DNA of 64,000 bases from an uncultured virus (IMG/VR IMGVR_UViG_3300031772_000017) (lineage: Duplodnaviria > Heunggongvirae > Uroviricota > Caudoviricetes). Below the pieces are notes generated by a model. It saw only the letters and a program-made list of their open reading frames with translations. It was not told where the DNA came from and did no database searches. Every line of letters begins with the position of its first letter. The stretch's first letter is position 1. The position numbers were made by a program, and so were the translations under genes. Location of the stretch: the IMG/VR virus record IMGVR_UViG_3300031772_000017. One strand, 5' to 3'. This document shows positions 37,742-46,733 of this stretch, one piece after another.

Positions 37742-38780
37742 CAGCGGCTTCATCGTCGTCTGGTTCTGTACTGGCCAGAATAGACCCATGAGCCACTTCA
37801 TACTTCTTTTTAATAAACTCATTGAATTCCTCATCTGCTAGAATATCCTTCCAGAATTCCGCGTTGTTTGTGTCTGCCGCTCGTAACCTCGTCTTGTCGC
37901 CCTTCTTCAGATACCATCCATCATTCGGTTTAGTCACAAATCCCGCTTCCAGTGCATTCTCCAACAATCCTGAGTAAGGATCAATTCCAAAATCAAAACT
38001 CACAGAAACAGGAAACTTTGACTTTTCCTTCACATATCGAGACTTCTCACTATTCAGAATAAATTCATAGCCCGACAATTCATCCTTTACCTTCTCTTGC
38101 TTGCGTCCAACAATCCAAATTGTATCCGCAGCAAAATACCCTCCTGTGCCTCCTCCAGGTATATCTTTGCTATACATCTCCAATGTCTTGTAGGAGTGAT
38201 TAACGACGACTAATGGAATGTCCTTGATTCTCAAGTGAGGGGTTATCATACGAAATAGAGACTTAAATGCTTTCGCCCTCGTCATGTCCAGTACTTGTTT
38301 GCCCTCAATCGCATCTTCAACTTCCTTGATTGATGCAAGTTGTCCGATAGAGTCAATGATAATCATGAGAGGATCATGGCGCTTCGCTTCCTTTAATTGT
38401 ACCATGATGTCATGTTTGAGTTCTTCGATATTCGTGATCGGAGTATGAAACACTTTTGTCATATCGATCCCGAATGAATTGAAATAAGCGGGTGGTGATC
38501 CAAACTCTGAGTCATAAAACAAGATCGCTCCATCTTTCGGATGAGCATTCAAGAATGCACGAATCAACAGCATCGCCATTCCTGTCTTAAAATGCTTCGA
38601 AGGACCGGCAATCATCGTCACACCTGAAGTTAAGCCTCCCCTGAGACTTCCCGAAAGAGCGACGTTGATAATAGGAACTTCGGTTGGAATATTTTGTCGT
38701 TCTCCAAATATCTCAGAATCACCCAAGACATTCGCAATCTCAATCCTACTCGTTTTCTTCAATCGATCCATCAATGACAT
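37728..38780 (-). CDS. uvsX: RecA-like recombinase UvsX
   Basis: AGPSKHFKT, FYDSEFG, IDSIGQLAS, DMTRAK, KSRYVKEK. Confidence 0.95.
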   Translation of the reverse strand: MSLMDRLKKTSRIEIANVLGDSEIFGERQNIPTEVPIINVALSGSLRGGLTSGVTMIAGPSKHFKTGMAMLLIRAFLNAHPKDGAILFYDSEFGSPPAYFNSFGIDMTKVFHTPITNIEELKHDIMVQLKEAKRHDPLMIIIDSIGQLASIKEVEDAIEGKQVLDMTRAKAFKSLFRMITPHLRIKDIPLVVVNHSYKTLEMYSKDIPGGGTGGYFAADTIWIVGRKQEKVKDELSGYEFILNSEKSRYVKEKSKFPVSVSFDFGIDPYSGLLENALEAGFVTKPNDGWYLKKGDKTRLRAADTNNAEFWKDILADEEFNEFIKKKYEVAHGSILASTEPDDDEAADEGK

Positions 38781-38791
38781 GTGTTATCTCC

Positions 38792-39142
38792 TCAGAATGT
38801 TTTGAGCGTTTCAACAATAGCGCAAAACAGAAAATTCTTAACCCGTTTCTCAAGTGGCAACTCTCCGTAAGCACAAAAACAAGAGTGTTCCTTCTTGATG
38901 GGGTCTTCGACAATCCCATGCTTCCACCCTTCCAGTTGCTTGAACTTCAGCCAGTTGTTATGTGACTGTTCGGGGCTGGCATCAGGATTGCTGATGTGAA
39001 ACTCCACACCATCAATCGCGGAAGCCTTGATCTCTTTTGCCACCATGCGCCACGGTGCTTGAGAGTAATCTCCCAAAGCATGGCAATACGCTCGGTTGTT
39101 CTCATACGCCATTTCAGCAATTTCTTCATATGTTAGTTTCAT
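38792..39142 (-). CDS. stand-alone RyR-domain phage protein
   Basis: NRAYC, PEQSHNNW..K..EGWKHG..D..KKEH.C..Y.ELP pattern. Confidence 0.7.
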   Translation of the reverse strand: MKLTYEEIAEMAYENNRAYCHALGDYSQAPWRMVAKEIKASAIDGVEFHISNPDASPEQSHNNWLKFKQLEGWKHGIVEDPIKKEHSCFCAYGELPLEKRVKNFLFCAIVETLKTF

Positions 39143-39153
39143 AATATCCTCTC

Positions 39154-39182
39154 AATATAGCACAGTTTGAGTCGGTAATCAA
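39154..39182 (-). promoter_or_regulatory. sigma70-like promoter
   Basis: TTGATT-17 nt-TATATT with an extended -10 TG. Confidence 0.6.
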
Positions 39183-39397
39183 TGGGAAACTGTCAAAAAA
39201 TACACTCCAGCATTCATACGTCCATGACAATCTTCTGTAGGACAGTACCAATCGCACCTCAAACGATCTATGCTGTCATTGAAACGACCAAAAATCATAT
39301 CAGAATAAAGAAAAGTCTTATTACAGCGATTACAATGACATTCATGATGTCCGTTTTGGATGCCTGGTAATGAGACGACACGAAAATTCTTTTTCAT
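39179..39397 (-). CDS. small Cys-rich (zinc-binding) protein
   Basis: CHCNRC...YCPTEDC. Confidence 0.55.
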   Translation of the reverse strand: MKKNFRVVSLPGIQNGHHECHCNRCNKTFLYSDMIFGRFNDSIDRLRCDWYCPTEDCHGRMNAGVYFLTVSH

Positions 39398-39416
39398 GAT
39401 ACTTTCCCTATCCATG

Positions 39417-39698
39417 TCATTTCCATGTACTTTGTTCTATTGTCATTGCAACTTTTGCTTTCTTTGCGTCCATGCGTTCTCTTACATCAACTGGCCAAGC
39501 GGGCACGAATCCTTCAAATTGACACAATTCTATGATAGCGAGTAGATCAATAATCTCTTGCATCAAACGGCTCTCGTTGCTTCCCTCTTTAGCAGGGAAA
39601 GTTTGTGATGTTCCAAAACTCAAACACTTTGACACTTCTTGAGTGATCTCACCTGCTTTTTCCATCATCTGTACGTATAGTATCTCTTTTCTCGTCAT
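39417..39698 (-). CDS. MazG-like all-alpha NTP pyrophosphohydrolase (possibly degenerate)
   Basis: MEKAGEITQEVSKCLSFG..L.QEIIDLL pattern (the usual EE is EK here). Confidence 0.6.
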   Translation of the reverse strand: MTRKEILYVQMMEKAGEITQEVSKCLSFGTSQTFPAKEGSNESRLMQEIIDLLAIIELCQFEGFVPAWPVDVRERMDAKKAKVAMTIEQSTWK

Positions 39699-42313
39699 TA
39701 AAATAATCCTTCTAATGTTGAGGATTCTTCAGAGCGCCATCCTATACACTTCAAAACGATTTCGAGGGGTTCGAGGAATGATTTCTGGAACTGTACGTCG
39801 TAATCCACATACTTTTCCAATTCGAACTCCGCAGGAATGCGCCTAACGAAGGCTATGACTTCATCCTCAAAAGGATTGCGTGGTTTCAAATGAAGGAACT
39901 TAACCTTCTCCCCAGGTTGAATGAAATCGTACTGCGTATCCAGCTTGAGACGCCTGAGCCAATAGTTATACACTAGCGCACCCTTGACATGAATAGGGGT
40001 CTTAGTAATATATATCGCTGTTGGTAGAACATCACCCTCTCCACAGAACATGTGTAGGGGGTCATCATCTTCTAACACAACGCTCTTAGCAGCATACTTC
40101 TCTAATCCATTACAACCGCGAGGGAATGCAACGTCAGTTAATGGAAGTCCACGAAACTCAATTCTGAACTTATCCACAAACGCAATCAACTCTGCTTCCG
40201 TACCATTCAACATGATCTTAAGCGCATCTTTAATCTTGTCACGACATGCACTAGGTGTTGAGGACTTGATCGCCTCCAGTCCATGAATCAACATCTTCGC
40301 TTCTCGATAGCGCACACCTTCTGAATCCCATACGTTAAGAATATAACGTTTCTTCGCTGTCCAAATACCCTTATCCGCAAGGGCTTCCCGCTTCATACTC
40401 ATCTTTTGTGCATACGCATGTGTATACTCAGCTAACTTCTGATACCCAACCTCCAAGACTCCCTTGAGTTTTGTTCTGTAGACTTGATCCATGAAGTTAA
40501 TGACCCTCTGCACGTCGCTTGTATCTTTGAATACTGTCTTGACAAGCGGTTCCAGATTCAAATACACAGAATCCGTATCACTCGCAATCACATAATCCTG
40601 ATCTTTCGTCTTATTCCCCAAGATATCATTGAGGTACGTGTTTAACCAATTTCCAATCCATCGAATGCTGAGTTGTCCTGCAAGTGTCACTCCTTCGGCA
40701 ATACGGATATCAAAGAATCGGAAGTATTCTGAACCCATGGCACCATATGCGGAATTCAGTCCAGTTTTCTTCGCAAGCTGAAGATTCCCGTAACGAGAAA
40801 TCAACCCATCCAGTACTTTCTTCCGCTCAGGATCGGTGCATGTTTCCTTTTCCTTCTCCGCGGCAAGCTGCTTATTCTTGTAAATGACGCGAGACTCAAA
40901 CATCAATTGCATAATCTTCGGTAGGAATCCCTGTCGCGTCGTTGTAAAGAACTGTCCATTTGGTGTTACTGTGCAGTCCTTCAATCCGCTCAAGTCCATC
41001 TCATGTGCGAGCATCTTCTTGACTGTGATTCCCTGACTCATCACGTCCTTCATCGCGTCAGTGTATTGGTCCGGTTCGATCAAAGTCTCTGGTGACAAGT
41101 TATACTGCATAATCAAGTGAGGGTAGAGACTTGTTAAGTCGAGTCCCATCACCCAACGCCAGAATCCAACAAGCGGAGCCTTTACATATGCTCCCTCATA
41201 CGCTTGCTTCTTCTCTTCCCGTTTCTTTGGAGGAATCACAACATGTTCACGTCGCAGGAAGTTATAACATATCGCTTCCCACATACGCACTTGAAAGAAC
41301 GCAGCGTCATAATTTGTTTTGTTGTTGTACGCAAGAATAATCGCTAGACCGATCAATCCACCCTTCGCTTCTAGTCGTTCAACAAGTTCCACGTCTTTGA
41401 TATTGTATTCAATGAACTTTTGGAAGTTGTCTCGATAGAGGTGGTGCAACGTTTCGTATTCACTATAATCCAATTTGCGTTCTTTGAGTTCCACATGTGC
41501 TATATGATCCAGCTTGTAGGACTCCTGCTTTGTTTTCTCTCCGTACTTACGGTAGAGTTGCAGATAATCGAGGGTGGAAATACCGAGAAGTTCATACGTG
41601 ACAACGGGTTTACCATAGGGATTCTTTTCCTCTCGGAGACTGATCTTTCCCCACGGACTGAGCCAACGGGTGCGAGACTCCCCAAACTCACTCATCGCTA
41701 TCATACGATTCACAAGATAGGGAATATCGAATGTCTTGACGTTCCAACCCGTCACGATATCAGGAGACTTCTCTGACCACAGTTCCATGAAACATGTGAG
41801 GAGTTCGACTTCGCTTGTACAATGTATGTACATGACATCAGGACGATGGGGAGTAAAGGACTTGCATCCAAACGCATAATACTTTGGATCATTGGAGAAT
41901 TTGAGAGTGATAGCAGTGACAGGATTCTTTGCAGTGTCCACAATCGGCATACCGAATTCAGTATCAACTTCGATGTCGATAAACGCAGTCACAATTTGTG
42001 AAGCATCATACTCCAAGAGTTCTTCGGGGTGCTCATCAGCAATGAACCGAAACTCATAATTTGTATTCCCGAATATCGAGAACACGTCCTCGTATTTCTT
42101 CAGATACTCTCGGCATTTCGCAATGCTAGGAAAGGAAATCTCATCCACAGGATTGCCCTGTAAATCTTTCCAGCCAGTGGGTGTTGAAGCAGGACTCGCA
42201 GGAATAAAAAGGGTCGGCGAATACACCTTCTTACGGTGAATTCGCCGTCCATCCTCTACTCCACGATAGTAGATGTGATCGTCCTGACATGCGACATTCG
42301 TATAGAACTTCAT
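39698..42313 (-). CDS. 43: T4-like family B DNA polymerase gp43
   Basis: Exonuclease DIEV, GWNV..FDIPY, YNIKDV; polymerase DLTSLYPH, K..LNSAYG, SDTDS, KKRY. Confidence 0.97.
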   Translation of the reverse strand: MKFYTNVACQDDHIYYRGVEDGRRIHRKKVYSPTLFIPASPASTPTGWKDLQGNPVDEISFPSIAKCREYLKKYEDVFSIFGNTNYEFRFIADEHPEELLEYDASQIVTAFIDIEVDTEFGMPIVDTAKNPVTAITLKFSNDPKYYAFGCKSFTPHRPDVMYIHCTSEVELLTCFMELWSEKSPDIVTGWNVKTFDIPYLVNRMIAMSEFGESRTRWLSPWGKISLREEKNPYGKPVVTYELLGISTLDYLQLYRKYGEKTKQESYKLDHIAHVELKERKLDYSEYETLHHLYRDNFQKFIEYNIKDVELVERLEAKGGLIGLAIILAYNNKTNYDAAFFQVRMWEAICYNFLRREHVVIPPKKREEKKQAYEGAYVKAPLVGFWRWVMGLDLTSLYPHLIMQYNLSPETLIEPDQYTDAMKDVMSQGITVKKMLAHEMDLSGLKDCTVTPNGQFFTTTRQGFLPKIMQLMFESRVIYKNKQLAAEKEKETCTDPERKKVLDGLISRYGNLQLAKKTGLNSAYGAMGSEYFRFFDIRIAEGVTLAGQLSIRWIGNWLNTYLNDILGNKTKDQDYVIASDTDSVYLNLEPLVKTVFKDTSDVQRVINFMDQVYRTKLKGVLEVGYQKLAEYTHAYAQKMSMKREALADKGIWTAKKRYILNVWDSEGVRYREAKMLIHGLEAIKSSTPSACRDKIKDALKIMLNGTEAELIAFVDKFRIEFRGLPLTDVAFPRGCNGLEKYAAKSVVLEDDDPLHMFCGEGDVLPTAIYITKTPIHVKGALVYNYWLRRLKLDTQYDFIQPGEKVKFLHLKPRNPFEDEVIAFVRRIPAEFELEKYVDYDVQFQKSFLEPLEIVLKCIGWRSEESSTLEGLF

Positions 42314-42351
42314 ACTTCAATCCCCCCCATTGTGAATCCATATGAGAGAAT

Positions 42352-42380
42352 AGGATATCACACTTCGGAAGGTATGTCAA
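42352..42380 (-). promoter_or_regulatory. sigma70-like promoter for DNA polymerase
   Basis: TTGACA-17 nt-TATCCT with an extended -10 TG. Confidence 0.7.
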
Positions 42381-42383
42381 CTT

Positions 42384-42704
42384 CTATGATGACTGAATCC
42401 CAGGTGGAAGAATGATTCCTGAACCAAATGTACTATTATAGGAACTGACCAATTCGTTCAGGGGATCGACAACAGTAAGTATATCTGCAACAGTAAACGG
42501 AATTCCCGTTTTCCACTGGACGCTGTACTGAAGAAAGGGGGCAAACCCTAGTGTTGCCGAATCATTCCCCCCCCTATCCTTTGATGGCGCCATGATGACC
42601 TGCACTGGCTTTTCAACCACAACCTTTCCAGCCTCCACATCCTTACCGACGACATCTCCTACAATCTGCAATCCATTATTGAACACAATAAGCTTCACAC
42701 TCAT
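42384..42704 (-). CDS. conserved T4-like Sm-fold hypothetical protein
   Basis: VKLI..GLQIVG...YNSTFGSGIILP pattern; AAGGAGG RBS; immediately upstream of gene 43. Confidence 0.75.
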   Translation of the reverse strand: MSVKLIVFNNGLQIVGDVVGKDVEAGKVVVEKPVQVIMAPSKDRGGNDSATLGFAPFLQYSVQWKTGIPFTVADILTVVDPLNELVSSYNSTFGSGIILPPGIQSS

Positions 42705-42762
42705 AACAAAACCTCCTTGATAAGGTGAACTATTTTTCCGCTCAGAATTGTACGTCCTTGTT

Positions 42763-43194
42763 TCATTCTACTCGATTCCGTAAACATCGACACAGCGAGA
42801 ACGTTGAGGAGAACGGACAGCCGTTCACAAAAGGCTCGAAATTTGGCTTCTGCCAATTTTCTGGTTTGAGAATCTTTCCATCATCCCGGCGTTTGAGTTT
42901 CCCCGTCACTCCGTCAACCTGGAGTTTGGACATATTGGAACGGAACAATTCGTCCCATGCCCCAGTGACATCCCACCCACGAGAGTTACAATATCCTAAT
43001 GTCACCCAAATCAAGTCCATCGCTTCCTGCAACTTATGGGCGTCACTATCCGTGGCATCCATAAATTCCTTATACTCTTCTTCCACGAACGTATGATACA
43101 GGTCTTGAATTTCTGGAGTACTGAACACCAATGCTCCATCCACATGCCCCACTCGCTCTTGAAACTCTCTCACATCCTCTGCGGCATCATCCAT
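42763..43194 (-). CDS. all-alpha NTP pyrophosphohydrolase (PRA-PH/MazG-like)
   Basis: EEEYKEF, EAMDLIWVTLG, SNMSKL, RRDDGKILKP. Confidence 0.85.
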   Translation of the reverse strand: MDDAAEDVREFQERVGHVDGALVFSTPEIQDLYHTFVEEEYKEFMDATDSDAHKLQEAMDLIWVTLGYCNSRGWDVTGAWDELFRSNMSKLQVDGVTGKLKRRDDGKILKPENWQKPNFEPFVNGCPFSSTFSLCRCLRNRVE

Positions 43195-43209
43195 AATCAA
43201 CCTCCTTAA

Positions 43210-43551
43210 TCAATAGGTCGCAACTACTTCCTTTGAGAAAACACTTTCATTCCCGTTGCTATCAAACGCGCTGACGACATAGTAAAATGTCTTTCCCCTA
43301 GCTGCGAAATCGATGAATCTGGAACAGTTCGTATTGTTGGGGGCACAAGAAATCTTCTTTAAGAATGCACCCACAACATGATTTCCTGAAATTTTTGAGC
43401 GATAGACTTTATAGCCCACTAAATCAGGTTCACTATTTGGAGTCCAAGACAGTTCCGCACTAATTTGTGTCTTGTTGGCAGATTCAGCATATGGTTGTGA
43501 AGTAAAAATCACTACAAGCAACACACATAACAAAATGATGATCTTCTTCAT
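43210..43551 (-). CDS. secreted fibronectin type III domain protein
   Basis: Signal peptide; LSWTPNSEPDLVGYKVYR..YYVVSAFDSNGNES. Confidence 0.8.
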   Translation of the reverse strand: MKKIIILLCVLLVVIFTSQPYAESANKTQISAELSWTPNSEPDLVGYKVYRSKISGNHVVGAFLKKISCAPNNTNCSRFIDFAARGKTFYYVVSAFDSNGNESVFSKEVVATY

Positions 43552-43566
43552 AGAGGAACCTCTGCT

Positions 43567-43938
43567 CTAAGGTTTTACGACTATATTCAATCCAACAGGG
43601 ACAGATGGAGGGACTAGATTCACTGTTTTTGTTGCTCTGATACTATGGAGAGATTCATTTCCGGCTATATCAAAAGAAGTTACTTCATAGCACAAATCCC
43701 CATCAAACTTCGGAACGGTTGTGTCACTATAGGTGAAGGATGGAACAAGTACAGTTACAGGGACATTATTCACAATCAATGGCTGTAATGCTCCAATCGC
43801 GCACACACCATTCCCCCGGTAGACTTTGTAACCCGCCAAATCAGTTTCACTATTTGGAGTCCAAGACAATTCTGCTGTTTGGGCATATGAGATCATAGGA
43901 ACAAAGCACAAAATGAAAGCTAATACGATTCGTTTCAT
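43567..43938 (-). CDS. secreted fibronectin type III domain protein (paralog)
   Basis: Signal peptide; LSWTPNSETDLAGYKVYR..YEVTSFDIAGNES. Confidence 0.8.
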   Translation of the reverse strand: MKRIVLAFILCFVPMISYAQTAELSWTPNSETDLAGYKVYRGNGVCAIGALQPLIVNNVPVTVLVPSFTYSDTTVPKFDGDLCYEVTSFDIAGNESLHSIRATKTVNLVPPSVPVGLNIVVKP

Positions 43939-43986
43939 ACAACACACCCCCCACGAGTTATACTACACTAACCCCTCTGTCCCTAT

Positions 43987-44475
43987 TTAGAACTTATTCA
44001 AAATTCCCACCTTATAGACTGTTCTTCCATTATCTTTCACGGCAGTAAACACATCTCTTCGATTCCCAACCTTAACAAAACCACCATGCACCCATCCAGA
44101 ATTCAGTGTTCCTGGTGTATAGAACTCCAGAATAATTTGGTCCCAAATTGGGAGGTTTTCCACACACCACTGAGCAAGCTCCGCATTCCCCACCCCTTCA
44201 ACCTCAAAGTCAACCGCCTCTCCTGTACAATGTTTAGATAGATTGTTAATTGTTGACGTGAAGGGATTTATCGACATGTTCAAACTCAGACTTCGATAAC
44301 CTGAATTTACACGAACAGGCCCCCATACACGTCTAACAGGTTCCAGAATATTATGACACAACAGCTTGAGATTGTCAATATATTTCTCTGATGGGGTATT
44401 GTCGATTTCTAAACGTACCGCGGTATCTGAGCGTGTCAATTCACTCAGGCTAAAATGCTCCGACAATTGATTCAT
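43987..44475 (-). CDS. peptidase M15 family endolysin
   Basis: LSEHFSLSEL, NSGYRS, SKHCTGEAVD, WVH. Confidence 0.85.
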   Translation of the reverse strand: MNQLSEHFSLSELTRSDTAVRLEIDNTPSEKYIDNLKLLCHNILEPVRRVWGPVRVNSGYRSLSLNMSINPFTSTINNLSKHCTGEAVDFEVEGVGNAELAQWCVENLPIWDQIILEFYTPGTLNSGWVHGGFVKVGNRRDVFTAVKDNGRTVYKVGILNKF

Positions 44476-44487
44476 GTTGTTCTCCTG

Positions 44488-45075
44488 TTATGTCCATAAA
44501 CTTCTTCGAATGTTAATCAGTTTCACCAACATCTCTTGGTCTTCTTGATCCTGTTGTTCTTCCAAATCTCCCGACCTCTTCAGAAACGCGGAATAACGAA
44601 GAGAACACCCTCCAAATTTCTTCCCTATCCCCTCTTCTTCATCAGTGAAAGTATACGCTTCCGCAAAAGGTTCTTCTCGTCGGGGTCGAGTGTGCTTCCA
44701 AAATTTATAGAGCAGGAAGAGTTCTTTTGCACATTGCGCTTGTCTTGGGTGATCCTTAAGACTCATCTCCCATTTAAGATAAAACAAACCACGCAGAGCA
44801 TTACGGGGAGGCATGATGAACCAGTGGAGCAATGGTAAATTTGAAACCCTTCGGAACCATTTCTTCCATCCGGTTTCGAAACACTGGTTTGGTAAAAGTG
44901 CACCACATTCAATTTCAATAAAGTTCACAACCATCTGGAACATTACAAACATCATGATATAATCTGCATCGTGATAGTGTCCACGTTTACAGTCGGGGTG
45001 CTTGATTATGACTCGATTACTCGGATTCATCCAATAGTTATGGATGAAGGAGAGAATTTTAGTTGTGATCTTCAT
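44488..45075 (-). CDS. hypothetical protein
   Basis: 195-aa ORF with an AGGAG RBS. Confidence 0.7.
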   Translation of the reverse strand: MKITTKILSFIHNYWMNPSNRVIIKHPDCKRGHYHDADYIMMFVMFQMVVNFIEIECGALLPNQCFETGWKKWFRRVSNLPLLHWFIMPPRNALRGLFYLKWEMSLKDHPRQAQCAKELFLLYKFWKHTRPRREEPFAEAYTFTDEEEGIGKKFGGCSLRYSAFLKRSGDLEEQQDQEDQEMLVKLINIRRSLWT

Positions 45076-45094
45076 AGTTCATAAGCTCCTACTG

Positions 45095-45382
45095 CTATAT
45101 ATGCCAACTATTTTTGCGACGTAAATGTTTTTTCTTTCGCTTTGGAGGATTCAGTTTCTTCTCTTGTTGAGTTTTGCGTTTTAGGAGAATCCCTGCACAG
45201 GCTTGGTGAGCAATAAGGTCATATTCATTATGATTCAATTCATAGAGGAGTAAATGGACTTCTGAGTGCTGAGCGACTGTGAGATTACATATATTGTCTT
45301 TTGCATTGACACCTTTAAGGTTACCAAAACGTTCTAACCATTCATGTTTAGGTATGCAGTGATGCCGTGGCAAATTATACAT
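45095..45382 (-). CDS. HNH endonuclease-like protein (short, possibly truncated)
   Basis: HHCIPKH..N..DNICNLTVAQHSEVHLLLY; basic tail. Confidence 0.65.
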   Translation of the reverse strand: MYNLPRHHCIPKHEWLERFGNLKGVNAKDNICNLTVAQHSEVHLLLYELNHNEYDLIAHQACAGILLKRKTQQEKKLNPPKRKKKHLRRKNSWHI

Positions 45383-45400
45383 CCCCTAGATTTTAGACAT

Positions 45401-45408
45401 TATTTATA
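45401..45408 (-). promoter_or_regulatory. T4-type late promoter TATAAATA
   Basis: Exact consensus upstream of the HNH, hypothetical and endolysin genes. Confidence 0.7.
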
Positions 45409-45409
45409 G

Positions 45410-45880
45410 AGGATCGTTTCCGAACGCGAACAAAGTTCGCAAGTGACACTACAGGAAACTTAGGGAACTACAGGAAACTTACGCTCACGGGGTTCGCTCG
45501 TTCGGAAACGAGTTTCTTTTTCAGGAGCTTATAATCCGCTTGGTCTCAAATGGGCAAAACTTTGCTATCAAAAAAGGATTGGCGTGTCAACACCACTCTC
45601 TGCTATACAGACGGGGCAGGTTAGCGGTCTCCCCGATTAAGAGTGTCCTTCTCATTCTCATGAGTAACGCAGTTTCATAAGTCGGTGTTTTCGATTTATG
45701 AACCTCACAGGTTTCCAGTTATGGAGAGCCTGCTCACTATTTCAGCATCATCAGGGATACTTGTTTGTCTACGCCTGAGATGCCTTCTTGTGGTGCATCA
45801 TTCCTTTTTAGTGGAGGAGATTGTGTTGAGACACAGCACCTTTTTACTGACGATATAAGCGACCTCGTATTAGTGGGGAA
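45410..45880. other. long non-coding hairpin-rich region (candidate replication origin or structured ncRNA)
   Basis: No credible ORF; at least seven stem-loops, an ACTACAGGAAACTTA direct repeat x2 and a CGTTTCCGAACG/CGTTCGGAAACG inverted repeat. Confidence 0.55.
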
Positions 45881-45909
45881 ATTGTATCATAATATTTCAG
45901 AAAAGTCAA
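45881..45909 (-). promoter_or_regulatory. sigma70-like promoter reading into the non-coding region
   Basis: TTGACT-17 nt-TACAAT with an extended -10 TG. Confidence 0.75.
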
Positions 45910-46310
45910 GTGTGTGGGGGTTGTTTCTTTCCAATCGTGTATTTTGGTACTAATGTCCAGGAGCCCTTTTCTTTGTGTGTGAGAATCTTGATCTGATGGA
46001 GAGGAGCAATATTGACCATTACAGAGGGATTCAAGATGGTCAGGAGTCCCCAATCAGCAAGAAGACGGGCAATGGTATTCGTTCTTGCAACATCATCATC
46101 TGATATGTCCGTGGGCTTCCCATCAAGAGCAAATAAATGTTTGAAGTGAAGTATGTAATATCGTTGTCGTTTATGGAGGATATGACAGGATTGGAACAAC
46201 AAATTGTCCTTCCGTGAGGCAATTCCAATGCGGGAGAGTGTTTCACGGACCTTAAGGAAATCATCGGGGGTTTTGAGGGAGATTTCCACACAGGTAGATA
46301 AGTCGAGCAT
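45906..46310 (-). CDS. regA: translational repressor RegA
   Basis: DDFLKVRETLSRIGIAS, QSCHILHK..YYILHFK.LFALDG, WGLL. Confidence 0.95.
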   Translation of the reverse strand: MLDLSTCVEISLKTPDDFLKVRETLSRIGIASRKDNLLFQSCHILHKRQRYYILHFKHLFALDGKPTDISDDDVARTNTIARLLADWGLLTILNPSVMVNIAPLHQIKILTHKEKGSWTLVPKYTIGKKQPPHT

Positions 46311-46340
46311 AATAACCTCATAGTGTTAGGTGAGTGCAAG

Positions 46341-46733
46341 TTATTTATGCTTTCCTGTAAGTCCACCTTTGTCCAAGGCTTGTTTGATACACTTGATTTG
46401 ATCCTCGGAGAGGATTTTCAGTGCTGTGATGGCTTTTTTATCAGAGAAGTGATAAAACTCTTTTACCGTTTCAAGGTCATCATTTCCCACTGGCTTTGCC
46501 CATTTCTGGAACGCACGTCTACGGGAACGGACTGTGCAGAGTAAATAGTGAAATTGGAGTACCTTGTCCAGATGATGCCTTCTGTTCATCTCATTCGCTT
46601 GCATCACACAATCATATTCATACGAGAGCGCCCGATTTATGACAAACGGCACATACTCCTTCTCTGCAAGAGAGTCCGTCATGATGTCGTTTTTTCCGAA
46701 CTGAATTTCTTTAACAAAATCGTAGGGTGTCAT
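46341..46733 (-). CDS. 62: clamp loader small subunit gp62
   Basis: YVPFVINRALS, ANEMN, gene order 45-44-62-regA. Confidence 0.9.
   Translation of the reverse strand: MTPYDFVKEIQFGKNDIMTDSLAEKEYVPFVINRALSYEYDCVMQANEMNRRHHLDKVLQFHYLLCTVRSRRRAFQKWAKPVGNDDLETVKEFYHFSDKKAITALKILSEDQIKCIKQALDKGGLTGKHK
46342..46349 (-). promoter_or_regulatory. possible late promoter (CATAAATA) upstream of regA
   Basis: Same 8-mer as at 26491 and 35459; overlaps the gene 62 stop codon. Confidence 0.4.

Noticed and set aside
9832..42313. Introns or inteins in nrdJ, helicase, uvsX or polymerase
   Set aside because: The ORFs are continuous and of expected size with no intein motifs; only short insertions are seen in ThyX and gp43.
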